Of a DNA stretch of 64,000 bases, positions 1-10,153 are shown in pieces; within the stretch, counting starts at the first letter, position 1, and every line of letters begins with the position of its first letter. Origin of the DNA: Candidatus Fermentibacterota bacterium (lineage in GTDB: Bacteria > Fermentibacterota > Fermentibacteria > Fermentibacterales > Fermentibacteraceae); NCBI GenBank assembly GCA_963718745.1, contig OY970370.1, positions 1,402,785-1,466,784 of the forward strand, read 5' to 3'. Position numbers and translations under genes: made by a program. The notes below the pieces were generated by a model, which saw nothing but the letters and a program-made list of their open reading frames with translations, ran no database searches and had not been told where the DNA came from.

Positions 1-77
1 GAGAGAACGAGTCCGCTGTCCAGGCGGATCCCCGGGCATCCACGCCCGTGTGCGTGCCGTGAAAAGGGGCGCAGGGC

Positions 78-105
78 TTGACGCTAGTTCCCTTCGTCCT
101 AATGT
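78..105 (+). promoter_or_regulatory. candidate sigma70-type promoter upstream of rho (TTGACG-16 nt-TAATGT)
   Basis: TTGACG at 78-83 and TAATGT at 100-105 read directly, leaving a ~130-nt leader before the rho start. Sequence-only prediction. Confidence 0.3.
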
Positions 106-235
106 ATAGCGTACTTTCCGGTCTGCTGTTTCTGTAACTGCCTGACAGATGCGGATGTTCCAACGATGCAGTCCCCGAGGCTGGCCGGCGTTATCGCCCC
201 CATACCTTTCCATCACCCGAACCGATAGAGGGACT

Positions 236-1516
236 ATGGTAGAAAAGCCGCTCGACGGTCATTCACTTTCCGATCTAGAGAGCATGACCCTTGTCGAACT
301 GCAGTCGATCGCGAAAACCATGGGCATCAAGGGTATCGCAGGATCCAGGAAGCGCGATCTGATACAGATGATGCTCGAGGACCAGACGGAGAAGAACGGC
401 CTGGAGTTCGCCACCGGTGTCCTGGAGACCCTTCCCGAGGGATATGGGTTCCTCCGTGCGGTAGAGGCCAACTACCTTCCCGGCACCAACGACATCTACG
501 TCTCCCCTTCCCAGATAAAGAGATTCGGCCTGCTCACCGGCGACACCATCTCCGGCCAGGTCAGGCAGCCCAAGGAGGGAGAGAAGTATCTGGCCCTCCT
601 CCGGGTCGAGACCGTGAACCACAAGAGCCCCGACCTGGCGAGGACGAGACGCAACTTCGACGAGCTCACTCCGTACTATCCGAAGGAGCGCTTCATACTG
701 GAGCACGATTCGGAGGAGCTGAGCGGAAGGATAATGGACCTGCTCACCCCTCTGGGCAAGGGCCAGCGCGCCCTTATCGTATCGCCTCCGAGGGCCGGCA
801 AGACCATCCTCCTCCAGCAGATAGCGAACAGCATCGCCATCAACCACCCGGAGGTCATCCTCATAGTCCTCCTCATCGACGAGCGGCCTGAGGAAGTCAC
901 CGACATGAAGCGGGTCGTCCGGGGCGAGGTCATAAGCTCCACCTTCGACGAAGCGCCGAAGAGACACGTCCAGGTCGCGGACATCGTGCTCGAGAAGGCC
1001 AAGAGGATGGTCGAGAGCGGACACGACGTCGTGATACTCCTCGATTCGATCACGCGTCTGGCACGGGCGAACAACACGGTCATCCCCCACTCCGGCAAGA
1101 TTCTTTCCGGCGGCGTGGATTCGAACGCTCTGCAGCGCCCCAAGCGGTTCTTCGGAGCCGCCCGCAAGGCAGAGGAAGGCGGCAGCCTGACGATAGTCGG
1201 GACCGCCCTGGTCGACACGGGGAGCAGGATGGACGAAGTCATCTTCGAGGAGTTCAAGGGAACGGGCAACAGCGAGATAGTCCTGGACCGCAGGCTGGCA
1301 GACCGCAGAGTCTTCCCCGCCATAGACATAACGAAATCCGGAACCCGGCGCGAAGAGCTCCTGCTCGATGATGATACACTGAGCAGGGTCTGGATAATGC
1401 GGAAGATCCTCGTCGACCTGAACCCGGTCGAGGCGATGGAACTCCTCAAGAAACAGCTCTCGCAGCACAAGTCCAACAAGAGGTTCCTTGACGCGATGGC
1501 CAGCATGTCCCAATGA
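236..1516 (+). CDS. rho: transcription termination factor Rho
   Basis: ORF 149..1516, with the start moved to ATG 236 (MVEKPL) after GAGGG. Has a Rho N-terminal helix bundle ([21 protein letters not shown]), P-loop PPRAGKT and typical ~426-aa length. Confidence 0.95.
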   Translation: MVEKPLDGHSLSDLESMTLVELQSIAKTMGIKGIAGSRKRDLIQMMLEDQTEKNGLEFATGVLETLPEGYGFLRAVEANYLPGTNDIYVSPSQIKRFGLLTGDTISGQVRQPKEGEKYLALLRVETVNHKSPDLARTRRNFDELTPYYPKERFILEHDSEELSGRIMDLLTPLGKGQRALIVSPPRAGKTILLQQIANSIAINHPEVILIVLLIDERPEEVTDMKRVVRGEVISSTFDEAPKRHVQVADIVLEKAKRMVESGHDVVILLDSITRLARANNTVIPHSGKILSGGVDSNALQRPKRFFGAARKAEEGGSLTIVGTALVDTGSRMDEVIFEEFKGTGNSEIVLDRRLADRRVFPAIDITKSGTRREELLLDDDTLSRVWIMRKILVDLNPVEAMELLKKQLSQHKSNKRFLDAMASMSQ

Positions 1517-1565
1517 TGGCGCGCGTCCGGATCCAGAGAGTCAGCATCCTAGAAGGAGTCGAGAG

Positions 1566-1781
1566 GTGAAGAAGGATATCCATCCCAAGTACGAGAAGGC
1601 AGTCTTCTCCTGCGCCTGCGGTAACGTGATCACTACCAGGTCCACATCCGGAGACCTCAAGTTCGACATCTGCTCGAGCTGCCACCCGTTCTACACCGGA
1701 CGGCAGAAGCTGATCGACTCGGCAGGAATGGTGGACAAGTACAACAGGAAGTACGGGCGCAAGGACTCCGCCGAGAAGTAG
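1566..1781 (+). CDS. rpmE: 50S ribosomal protein L31 (Cys-containing type)
   Basis: GTG 1566 lies 7 nt after GAAGGAG. Sequence [20 protein letters not shown]...[13 protein letters not shown] is the L31 signature. Confidence 0.9.
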   Translation: MKKDIHPKYEKAVFSCACGNVITTRSTSGDLKFDICSSCHPFYTGRQKLIDSAGMVDKYNRKYGRKDSAEK

Positions 1782-1829
1782 AGGAGTCCTCTGCTGGGGC
1801 CGGGTCCCGCAGGCCGACGGAGTCCATCC

Positions 1830-2798
1830 ATGGCCAGAATCCACCTCACATGGCTTGCCGCGCCTCAGGCGGGCGAGCTCGAAAAGGCCGGCGGCCAGGC
1901 GGTCATCGAGGGCGTCATGATGAGGTCCTCCACCAGGGCCGCAGTGGCCGTGCGTTCCCCTGACGGAACCATCACGGGCATGGTCCTGCCCCAGCGGATG
2001 CTCGCCTCGCGCAGCGCGGTCTGGAAGAAGCCCGTGCTCAGGGGGGCCGCATCCCTTGTCGACTCCCTGCGGCTTGGATTCTCCGCTCTGTCCTGGTCGG
2101 CGGACATGGCCGAACCTCCCGCCGAGGGCCGGAAGGGCGGAGGCGCCGGATCCCTCTTCTCGACCGCGCTGGGCTTTGTTCTCGCGATAGCCCTCTTCGG
2201 CTGGCTGCCCCTCAGGGTCGCGATGCTCCTGGTTCCCGGCGGCGAACACGTCTGGATCAATCTCCTGGCGGGCCTGTTCCGAATAGCGGGATTCTTCGTG
2301 TACGTGGCGGCCATCTCCCTCGTCCCGTCGATCCGCAGGGTCTTCGTGTACCACGGGGCCGAGCACCAGACTATCCATGCATGGGAGAAGGGCGCCCCCG
2401 ACCTCGAACTCTCGGCCGGAGAGGAGAGCCCGAGGCACCAGCGCTGCGGTACGAGCTTCCTGTTCCTCGTGATGATACTGGCCGTGGCCTTCTATTCGAT
2501 AGTGGACACGCTCGCAGCCCTGCTTTCGGGCGGACCGCTCCAGGCCCACTGGCGCGTCCTCTACCACATCCCTCTCATGCCCCTCGTCATGGGGATCTCC
2601 TACGAGGTCCTCCGACTGGTCGACCGCAACCTCGAGAAGTCCGCATTCGCCAGAGCCGCCGCCTGGCCGGGACTGCTGCTCCAGAACTTCACCACCAGGA
2701 AGGCGGGATCCGCCGAGGTGGAGGTGGCCGTGGCAGCGCTGAGGCTTGCAGTCGGAGCGGATCCCGGCCCTGCCGTGAAGCTGGTCGGGACCCCATGA
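1830..2798 (+). CDS. DUF1385 family membrane protein (commonly linked to prfA/prmC)
   Basis: Motifs [17 protein letters not shown] and RCGTSFLF. Sits between rpmE and prfA, with an ATGA overlap onto the prfA start. Confidence 0.8.
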   Translation: MARIHLTWLAAPQAGELEKAGGQAVIEGVMMRSSTRAAVAVRSPDGTITGMVLPQRMLASRSAVWKKPVLRGAASLVDSLRLGFSALSWSADMAEPPAEGRKGGGAGSLFSTALGFVLAIALFGWLPLRVAMLLVPGGEHVWINLLAGLFRIAGFFVYVAAISLVPSIRRVFVYHGAEHQTIHAWEKGAPDLELSAGEESPRHQRCGTSFLFLVMILAVAFYSIVDTLAALLSGGPLQAHWRVLYHIPLMPLVMGISYEVLRLVDRNLEKSAFARAAAWPGLLLQNFTTRKAGSAEVEVAVAALRLAVGADPGPAVKLVGTP

Positions 2799-3877
2799 GC
2801 GAACTGCCGCACATCCTCGCGAGGATATCCGAGATAGACGAACTGCTCTGTCTCCCGGAAACCCAGCGCAATCCGCCGGCCCTGCGATCGCTCTCCTCCG
2901 AGCGGTCGGCCCTGTCCAAGATCAGGGATACCCTGGAATCCCTCGCGTCCGTCGAATCCCTCGTAGGAGAGCTGGAGGAGGCCCTTTCGGGAAACGATCC
3001 CGAACTCGCCGAGATGGCGAGGGAGGAGCTGCCCCTGGCAACTGCCCGGAGGACGGTGCTCGAGGACGCCATGAAGCGCATGCTCCTCCCCCGCGACGAG
3101 AACGAGGGCAGGAACGTCATCGTCGAGATCCGCGGCGGGACCGGCGGCGAGGAAGCAGCGCTGTTCGCCGCCGATGTCTTCAGGATGTACTCGGGATACG
3201 CCTCGCGCCGCGGATGGAGGGTCGAGGTCCTCGGGAGCAGACCCTCCGAGAAGGGCGGCTTCAAGGAGATCGCCTTCTCGATAACCGGAAGCGATGTATA
3301 CGCTCACATGAAATACGAGGCTGGAGTGCACAGGGTCCAGCGCGTCCCGGAGACCGAGGCCCAGGGCAGGATACACACATCCGCCTGCACGGTGGCCGTG
3401 CTTCCGGAGGCCGAGGAGGTCGAAGTCGACCTCAGGCCCGACGACCTAAAGATCGACGTCTACAGATCCACCGGCCCGGGCGGTCAGAGCGTGAACACGA
3501 CGGACTCGGCGGTGCGGATAACCCATCTCCCGACCGGTCTGGTCGTCACCTGCCAGGACGAGAAGAGCCAGCACAAGAACAAGGCTAAGGCGATGAAGGT
3601 GCTCTCTTCCAGGCTGCTCGCGCTCAAGCAGGAGGAGGCCGAGTCCGAGAGGGCTTCCGCAAGGCGCTCCATGGTGGGCTCGGGTGACAGGAGCGCCAAG
3701 ATCCGCACCTACAACTTCCCCCAGTCCAGGGTCACGGACCACAGGATACACCTCACGCTGCACAGCCTGGAACAGGTCATGGCGGGCGATCTCGACCAGA
3801 TAGTGGACGCCCTTACCACGGACGAGCAGGACAGGCTCCTGTCCGAACGCACCTCCGGCGGATCGATGCCGGGATGA
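2795..3877 (+). CDS. prfA: peptide chain release factor 1
   Basis: In-frame ATG 2795 (MSELPHIL) within ORF 2381..3877. Carries the GGQ motif ([24 protein letters not shown]) and has RF1 length of ~360 aa. Confidence 0.95.
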   Translation: MSELPHILARISEIDELLCLPETQRNPPALRSLSSERSALSKIRDTLESLASVESLVGELEEALSGNDPELAEMAREELPLATARRTVLEDAMKRMLLPRDENEGRNVIVEIRGGTGGEEAALFAADVFRMYSGYASRRGWRVEVLGSRPSEKGGFKEIAFSITGSDVYAHMKYEAGVHRVQRVPETEAQGRIHTSACTVAVLPEAEEVEVDLRPDDLKIDVYRSTGPGGQSVNTTDSAVRITHLPTGLVVTCQDEKSQHKNKAKAMKVLSSRLLALKQEEAESERASARRSMVGSGDRSAKIRTYNFPQSRVTDHRIHLTLHSLEQVMAGDLDQIVDALTTDEQDRLLSERTSGGSMPG

Positions 3878-4713
3878 CTCTCCGAACCGCCCTGAACACC
3901 GCCTCCCGGATACTCGGGGAAGCGGGATGCAGGGAACCGGTCACGGACGCCGAACTCCTCCTGATGCACATAACGGGACTGAAACGCCACGAGCTGTACC
4001 TGAACGGGACCGGCGGACTGCCACCCGACCGTGCGGAGGCGTACTCCGCCCTGGTGGCATCCAGGGCTGCGCGGATCCCCCTCCAGCACCTTACAGGGGA
4101 GGCGTGGTTCATGGGCCGCAGGTTCGTGTGCGGTCCGGGCGCCCTCGTACCCAGGCAGGATACGGAGTCCATGCTCGAGGCCTTCACAGCCGCTCTGCCG
4201 CCCGGACCTGCCCGGATCCTGGACGCCGGAACAGGCACGGGGGTGATCGGGATAACAATCGCGCTCGACAATCCGGGCTGCTTCGTGGTGGGGACCGACG
4301 TCTCGGCCGCCGCGCTCGGCCTTGCAGCGAGGAACATCGCGCTGCACGGGGCCGGGAACATGACGCTGGCCAGGTGCGATCTCTGTGGAGCTTTCAGGGG
4401 TGGATTTGACGGCATTGCAGCCAATCTCCCATACATAGCATCTGATGTGATCCCTTCTCTGGAGCCGGAGGTGCGCCTGTTCGACCCTCCGGCAGCACTT
4501 GACGGAGGACCCGACGGGATGGGCGTGATCAGGAGGATGATCGACGAGGCTCCGGACATGCTGTCGCACGGCGGGGTCCTCGGGCTGGAGGCCTCGGGCC
4601 CGCAGCCGGAGGAGATCGCCGGACTGATGCGGAGCTCCGGAGCCTGGAGGGAAGTCGTGACCGGAAGGGATCTCTCGGGGAGGCCCCGGTGGGTGGTGGC
4701 CGGCAGACGATGA
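3874..4713 (+). CDS. prmC: release factor glutamine N5-methyltransferase
   Basis: SAM motif [11 protein letters not shown] and NPPY-like NLPYI. Immediately follows prfA with a 4-nt overlap. Confidence 0.9.
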   Translation: MTLRTALNTASRILGEAGCREPVTDAELLLMHITGLKRHELYLNGTGGLPPDRAEAYSALVASRAARIPLQHLTGEAWFMGRRFVCGPGALVPRQDTESMLEAFTAALPPGPARILDAGTGTGVIGITIALDNPGCFVVGTDVSAAALGLAARNIALHGAGNMTLARCDLCGAFRGGFDGIAANLPYIASDVIPSLEPEVRLFDPPAALDGGPDGMGVIRRMIDEAPDMLSHGGVLGLEASGPQPEEIAGLMRSSGAWREVVTGRDLSGRPRWVVAGRR

Positions 4714-5792
4714 GGATTCGCAGGCGCAAGTCGCGGAGTGTCATGGTGGGGACGGTCCGTGTAGGCGGCGGAGCGCCCCTGTCCGTCCAGTCCATGACGA
4801 ACGTGCCGACCCGCGATGCCGACGCCTCCATCGCACAGATAGAGTCGCTGAGCAGTGCCGGAGCCCAGATCGTGAGGGTCTCGGTCCCCGACGACGCTTC
4901 CGCGGATGCGCTCGAGAGGATCGTCTCCGGATCCTGCGTGCCGATAGTCGCGGACATCCATTTCAGGGCGGACCTGGCCCTCAGGGCGATCGACGCGGGA
5001 GTCGCGAAGCTCCGGATAAACCCGGGGAACATCCGCAGGCCGGCAGACGTCCGCACGCTCGCCGCCAGGGCTGCCGACAGGCGGATCCCGATCCGTATCG
5101 GGATAAACTCGGGAAGCATCCCGGGAGATCTGCGGGAGAAGTTCGGGACGGGCTCGGACGCGATGTGGGCATCCGCCGAGAGGCATCTGCGGATGCTCGA
5201 GGAGATGGACTTCAGGGATACCGTGCTGTCGCTCAAGGCCAGCGATCCGATGACGACGGTGGAGGCCAACCTGAGGGCCGCCAGGGAGTGTGACTACCCC
5301 CTGCACCTGGGCGTGACCGAGGCCGGTCCGCCCATGGAGGGGGCCGTGAGGAGTTCCGTTGCGCTCGCCATCCTCCTCTCGAAGGGAGTGGGCGACACAG
5401 TGCGCGTCTCCCTCTCCGGACCGCCCGAGGACGAGCCCTTCGTCGCCTGGGAGATCCTCGCATCCCTGGGGCTCGGAAGGCTTCACCCCAGGCTGGTCAG
5501 CTGCCCCACCTGCGCCAGGACGAGGATCGATGTCGCGGGAATCGCAGCAGGACTCTCGGACGTCCTGAGGAGGATCCGGGGTTCATATACGGTCGCAGTG
5601 ATGGGTTGCGAGGTCAACGGTCCGGGAGAGGCCCGGGAGGCTGACCTCGCCGTCATAGGGAGTCCCGCCGGCATGATGCTCTTCAGGGGCGGGCGCAGGC
5701 TTCCAGGAACCATATCGCCGGGCGAGCTTCCCGGAAGGCTCGAGAAAGAGCTTGCCAGGCTGGCGAAAGAACACGGAGGTCCAGAAAGTTGA
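4710..5792 (+). CDS. ispG: 4-hydroxy-3-methylbut-2-en-1-yl diphosphate synthase
   Basis: ATG 4710 overlaps the prmC stop (ATGA). Sequence RRKSRSVMVGTVRVGGGAPLSVQSMTN plus C-terminal Cys ligands (CPTCART...GCEVNGPGE). Confidence 0.92.
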   Translation: MRIRRRKSRSVMVGTVRVGGGAPLSVQSMTNVPTRDADASIAQIESLSSAGAQIVRVSVPDDASADALERIVSGSCVPIVADIHFRADLALRAIDAGVAKLRINPGNIRRPADVRTLAARAADRRIPIRIGINSGSIPGDLREKFGTGSDAMWASAERHLRMLEEMDFRDTVLSLKASDPMTTVEANLRAARECDYPLHLGVTEAGPPMEGAVRSSVALAILLSKGVGDTVRVSLSGPPEDEPFVAWEILASLGLGRLHPRLVSCPTCARTRIDVAGIAAGLSDVLRRIRGSYTVAVMGCEVNGPGEAREADLAVIGSPAGMMLFRGGRRLPGTISPGELPGRLEKELARLAKEHGGPES

Positions 5793-7216
5793 CAGGGATG
5801 GGCATAGTCCAGACTCTCATCAGAAAACTCGCCGACGGTGAGTTCGAAGAAGTCGACATCAGGTTCTCGGATGTGCTCGGATGCTGGCGTCACGTGACCC
5901 TCCCGGCGAGGAGCATCAAACCCGAACTGTTCACCCGGGGTGTCGGATTCGATGGGTCGACCCTCACGGCGATGACTCCGACCGAGGCGGGTGACCTGGC
6001 TCTCGTCCCTGATCCCAGAAGGGTCTTCGCGGATCCGTTCACGAAGCATCCGACCCTCTGCATGATCGCCGACATCCTGCACCCGGACGACGGCAAGCCC
6101 TTCTCGCGCGATCCGAGAGGAGTGGCGAGGAAGGCCCAGGATCTCCTGAAGGAGACCGGCTTCGCAACCGAGAGCTTCTGGGCTCCGGAGTACGAGTTCT
6201 ACCTCTTCGACAAGGCGTCGATCTGGAACGAGCCGGGCAGGGTCGGCTACGAGTTCTCAAGCATGGAGAACGGCAGGAATTCGGGCTCCCCGGAGGCGAT
6301 GGGCCTCTTCCACCAGACCGAGAGCGCCTACCACAGGATGTTCCCCGTGGACAGCCTCCATGACGTCAGGGCGGAGATAGTCTCGCTGATGCACGCGGCA
6401 GGGATACAGGTGAAGTATCACCACCACGAGGTCGGACGGATGGGCCAGGTGGAGGTGGAGGTCTCCTTCGCCCCCTTCCTCAGCTCGGCCGACAATGTGA
6501 TGATAACCAAGCATATAGTCAGGAACGTCGCACTCAGACACAATCTTGCCGCCACATTCATGCCCAAGCCCATGAAGGGCGAGCCCGGCAACGGCATGCA
6601 CATGCACATGTTCTTCATCAACGGCGAGGAGCGTGTCTTCTTCTGCGAGGACGGCTACTGCAGCCTCAGCGAGACCGCGAGGAGCGCGATAGCCGGCATA
6701 CTCCACCACGCAAGGGCCCTCTGCGCGTTCACCAATCCTTCCATAAACAGCTACCACCGCCTCGTGCCCAACCAGGAGGCGCCCGTCTACCGCTTCTTCT
6801 CGGGCGCGAACAGGAGCGCGGCCATCCGGGTCCCGGCCTACGCACGCACCCCTGAATCGATGCGTTTCGAGTACAGGGTACCGGACGGGTCCGGCAACCC
6901 CTACCTCTGCATGGCGGCGATACTGATGGCTGCGATCGACGGCATACGGAAGGACATGAAACCCGAGGAGATGGGCTTCGGTCCCATCGATGCGAACGTG
7001 TTCGCTCCCGGCTACGACACTTCCGGTCTTGCCGTCCTGCCCGAGAGCCTGGACGAGGCACTGGACAGCCTGACGGACGACAGGGAGTTCCTCCAGGAGT
7101 CCGGGGTCTTCGAGCCGGACCTGATAGATGCGTTCATCGAGGCCAAGAGGGAGGAAACTGCGATGCTCAGGGGCAATCCGCACCCGCTCGAGCATTTCCT
7201 CTATTTCAACATCTGA
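5789..7216 (+). CDS. glnA: glutamine synthetase, type I
   Basis: 475-aa ORF with GS beta-grasp and catalytic regions (HHHEVG, KPMKGEPGNGMHMH, NPSINSYHRLVP). Start is TTG 5789, overlapping the ispG stop and 8 nt after GGAGGT, or ATG 5798. Confidence 0.93.
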   Translation: MTGMGIVQTLIRKLADGEFEEVDIRFSDVLGCWRHVTLPARSIKPELFTRGVGFDGSTLTAMTPTEAGDLALVPDPRRVFADPFTKHPTLCMIADILHPDDGKPFSRDPRGVARKAQDLLKETGFATESFWAPEYEFYLFDKASIWNEPGRVGYEFSSMENGRNSGSPEAMGLFHQTESAYHRMFPVDSLHDVRAEIVSLMHAAGIQVKYHHHEVGRMGQVEVEVSFAPFLSSADNVMITKHIVRNVALRHNLAATFMPKPMKGEPGNGMHMHMFFINGEERVFFCEDGYCSLSETARSAIAGILHHARALCAFTNPSINSYHRLVPNQEAPVYRFFSGANRSAAIRVPAYARTPESMRFEYRVPDGSGNPYLCMAAILMAAIDGIRKDMKPEEMGFGPIDANVFAPGYDTSGLAVLPESLDEALDSLTDDREFLQESGVFEPDLIDAFIEAKREETAMLRGNPHPLEHFLYFNI

Positions 7217-7233
7217 CCCGGAGGGGGAATCCT

Positions 7234-8355
7234 GTGATCCTTTCGAAGCGCTCTTCCGTCCTCGCGGCTGCCGCCCTGGCATTCGCTGCCGGGTGCGGTG
7301 CGCCCGAGGAGGGCGACCTCGTTCCCGACTGGGCTGTCGGGGTGCCTGCCCGGACTCTTGCCGTCGTAGACAGCATCGGACTGGAGATGGGCGACAGCAG
7401 CTACGTCTTCGGCCAGATAGCAGGGGTCTCCTGGACTCCTGACGGCGAGATCGCGGTGCTCGACCTCAAGAGATGCACGATCCTCTTCTACGATGCCGAC
7501 GGAAACTACGTCCGCAGCCTGGGAAGACAGGGCAGCGGTCCGGGCGAGTTCCTCCTGCCGTCCGCGATGGCCTTCAGGGAGAGCGACGGAAGCCTTTCCG
7601 TGGCCGACGCGATGGCTGCGAAAGTCCACTTCTTCGATTCGACCGGTGCCTCGACCGGCGGGATGGAGGGCTTCTTCCCGACGGTCCCGATCCAGATCAC
7701 CGCCGTCGACTCCGCAGGCCTGATCGGGCTCAAGCCCGATTTCGAGCAGAACGACCAGGGCATGTTCATGGGATTCACGCTGGCTCGCTGGGAGGGCGTC
7801 GAGATCGAGCCTTCCATCGTCTATCACAGCGAGATGAACCCCTTCGACCCCATGGACATAGCCTCCAGCATGGCCGGGATGTTCTTCTTCGCCGCCGGCC
7901 CCGACGGCAGGGTGTTCCGGGCGCCCATGTCCTCGGAGGGCTACCTCGTAGAGGGTTATGAGCCCGACGGCACGCTGTTCCTCACCATCGAACGCTCCTA
8001 CGAGCCGGTTCTGAAGACCGAGGAGGAGATCGCGGACGAGAAGGCATTCGTCGAGGAGCGGATGGCCGCTTCCGGGACGCCGCCCGAGATGATCTCCTGG
8101 GAACCCGAAACGGTCAAAGCCTCGATTGCGGGCCTGCTGCTGGACGAGGAGGGGAACCTCTGGGTCAGGCGCGGCTGGGTCGATGTGGCTGTCTTCGACG
8201 TATTCGACATGGAGGGGACTCTCCTCTTCACCGCGACCGTGGAATACCCGGGAAGCACGGACTACTGGAGCGTAGTGTCAGGCGAGGGGGGCTTCCTGGC
8301 CTTCGACTCGAACCCCGAGACCTGGGCCAGGGTCTTCATGCTAGAGCTCAGATAG
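7234..8355 (+). CDS. lipoprotein, NHL / 6-bladed beta-propeller-like
   Basis: GTG start. Signal peptide with lipobox (LAFAAGC) and NHL-like motif GRQGSGPGEFLLPSAMAF. The family call is by resemblance only. Confidence 0.6.
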   Translation: MILSKRSSVLAAAALAFAAGCGAPEEGDLVPDWAVGVPARTLAVVDSIGLEMGDSSYVFGQIAGVSWTPDGEIAVLDLKRCTILFYDADGNYVRSLGRQGSGPGEFLLPSAMAFRESDGSLSVADAMAAKVHFFDSTGASTGGMEGFFPTVPIQITAVDSAGLIGLKPDFEQNDQGMFMGFTLARWEGVEIEPSIVYHSEMNPFDPMDIASSMAGMFFFAAGPDGRVFRAPMSSEGYLVEGYEPDGTLFLTIERSYEPVLKTEEEIADEKAFVEERMAASGTPPEMISWEPETVKASIAGLLLDEEGNLWVRRGWVDVAVFDVFDMEGTLLFTATVEYPGSTDYWSVVSGEGGFLAFDSNPETWARVFMLELR

Positions 8356-8436
8356 CGCGGATTCCCGCCCGCGGAGCGGAGCCGCCACGGCTCCAAGGCT
8401 CTCCGCACTGCAGGGGTCGAGTCCGATGAAAAGATA

Positions 8437-8462
8437 CCGGGGAGCGGATGACCGCTCCCCGG
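8437..8462. terminator. bidirectional GC-rich hairpin between convergent genes
   Basis: Perfect 11-bp stem CCGGGGAGCGG / CCGCTCCCCGG with loop ATGA. No clear U-tract. Confidence 0.55.
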
Positions 8463-8493
8463 TTCGCATGTGTGACCGATCGTCCCTTACCGT

Positions 8494-10101
8494 CTAATCG
8501 TAAAGAGCGAAGGCCTCGCCCTCGGATCTCCTCTCCTGGGTTACCTCTACCCTCAGGGATCCGGTGGAACCGCTGGCGTAATCCCTCACGGTGATCATGA
8601 CACTTCCGGATTGCGCGGGCGTGGGGTCGATCCTCAGGCGCGCGTTGGGGTATCCGCCGCCGTCGTCATCGCTGAGAACGGTACCGTCGGGGAGCACGGC
8701 CTCCACCCAGGGATCGATCTCGTCGCTGTCGACCGACACCGTGTAGATGCTTCCCGCCATGACTTCGAGCGAGAAGAACAGCTCGGGGTTGTTCCAGCTG
8801 ACCGTGGCATCGACCGGCCTGTCGATGGTTAGTGGTCTTGGTTCGACGAACGCCGTCTGGAAGGAGAACTGCACCTCTCCCGATTCGGATCCCGAGTAGC
8901 TGGTCACGAGAGCCGTGTAGGCGCCGGGGGCGAGCATCTTGGTGAGCCGCGAGTCGGACCCCTGGTAGTCGTCGTTGCTCCCGATCATCGTGACATACCC
9001 GTCCTCGATCCTCAGGAGGCAGAGGAAAGTATCGAGGTTCTCGGAGGAGGCATCCACGTCGTAGAGGCCGGTCCCGCCCCGGGGGACTTCGAACTCGAAG
9101 AAGGCGCAGGGCGTGGCGGCGGTGATGAGGAGATCGTAGGGCTTCTCCAGCGTGATCCCGGGCCAGACCGATATCGCGAGTCCCTCGCCGGGGGTCACGG
9201 TGCCGTTGTACAGGGTCCCGGGGCTCTCCGCCTGGACCGGTTCGGCCTGGAGGGCTTCGAGGTCGTAGTTCTCGTAGCTTATCGTGTAGGAGCCCTCGGT
9301 TCCATCGGAGTACGGGACCACGACGGCCGCGTACCTGCCGGGCTCGAGGATCTCGTCGATCCGTGACTGGAGTCCGCCCGAGTAGTCGTCGTTGTGGATC
9401 ACATAGTCGTACTCGTCGTCGTCCACGCTCATCAGCACGAGGATGGGGTCGAAGTCCTCCGATTCGAGGACCAGGGAAACGAGCTGCTCCTCGGTAACGT
9501 CGAAGACGTGGATGCGCGCATTCCCATACCCGTTCAGGTAGACGTAGGCATCGAGCTCGTCCTCGATGGCTTCCTCGATCAGATCGTCGTCCTTGCCCTC
9601 GAGCAGATCACCCTTCAGCAGTCCGGAGGTGAGGTCGGAGGCCGCGACGAACTCCTCGAGATCAGACGCGGAGGCCTCTGTCGACGTGACCGAGTACTCT
9701 CCGCTCGAACCGTCGACCGCGAATACCAGGAGCCTGGCACCGCGCGGGATGTCTGACAGGACCAGACGGGAGTCGCTGTCGTCCTCCCAGTCGTCGGAGA
9801 CCGCGATGATCGCTCCTTCGCTGTCGAATACAACCGCCACGGGATCGAAATCCCTGCTGGTCACTTCGATGGCGAGGTTCTTCCCCGCAGCCAGACCGAA
9901 TTCAGCACAGGGGAAGCCCCCGTCGACCGGTCTGCCCTCGGCGAAGAGGAGCTCCTCGGCATCCTCGAGCCTGTCCTGGATGGTGTCGTCAGTCCTCGAA
10001 ATCTCCCCCTCGAACTCTGCGTCGATCCCGATCCGCCTGCCGCAGCCGGTGACCGCGAGCGCGAGCAGGAGCACCGTCGCAACCATGAAGATCCTTCTCA
10101 T
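8494..10101 (-). CDS. acidic secreted lipoprotein with four PPC-like (pre-peptidase C-terminal) repeats
   Basis: Lipobox LAVTGC. Four ~120-130-aa modules each carry D-rich NDD/SDD ... G-Y ... V ... Y ... G-Y signatures. Very Asp/Glu-rich. Confidence 0.6.
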   Translation of the reverse strand: MRRIFMVATVLLLALAVTGCGRRIGIDAEFEGEISRTDDTIQDRLEDAEELLFAEGRPVDGGFPCAEFGLAAGKNLAIEVTSRDFDPVAVVFDSEGAIIAVSDDWEDDSDSRLVLSDIPRGARLLVFAVDGSSGEYSVTSTEASASDLEEFVAASDLTSGLLKGDLLEGKDDDLIEEAIEDELDAYVYLNGYGNARIHVFDVTEEQLVSLVLESEDFDPILVLMSVDDDEYDYVIHNDDYSGGLQSRIDEILEPGRYAAVVVPYSDGTEGSYTISYENYDLEALQAEPVQAESPGTLYNGTVTPGEGLAISVWPGITLEKPYDLLITAATPCAFFEFEVPRGGTGLYDVDASSENLDTFLCLLRIEDGYVTMIGSNDDYQGSDSRLTKMLAPGAYTALVTSYSGSESGEVQFSFQTAFVEPRPLTIDRPVDATVSWNNPELFFSLEVMAGSIYTVSVDSDEIDPWVEAVLPDGTVLSDDDGGGYPNARLRIDPTPAQSGSVMITVRDYASGSTGSLRVEVTQERRSEGEAFALYD

Positions 10102-10153
10102 TCGTCTCCCTTCGGGCCGGCGCGGCGGGACCGGGATCCCGGGCCCGCAGGCG

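Noticed and set aside
275-1513. 412-aa and 276-aa minus-strand ORFs antisense to rho
   Set aside because: They lie opposite a clearly recognisable conserved gene. Composition is Arg/Gly/Leu-rich and low-complexity, typical of GC-rich shadow frames. No motifs.
3813-5486. 557-aa minus-strand ORF spanning prmC and ispG
   Set aside because: It is antisense to two recognised genes and crosses their junction. The product is Pro/Arg/Gly-rich and looks non-protein-like.
5889-5898. GTCACGTGAC palindrome as a third parS
   Set aside because: It shares only the CACGTG core. Its flanks do not match GTT/AAC of the parS consensus, and it lies 53 kb from parAB.
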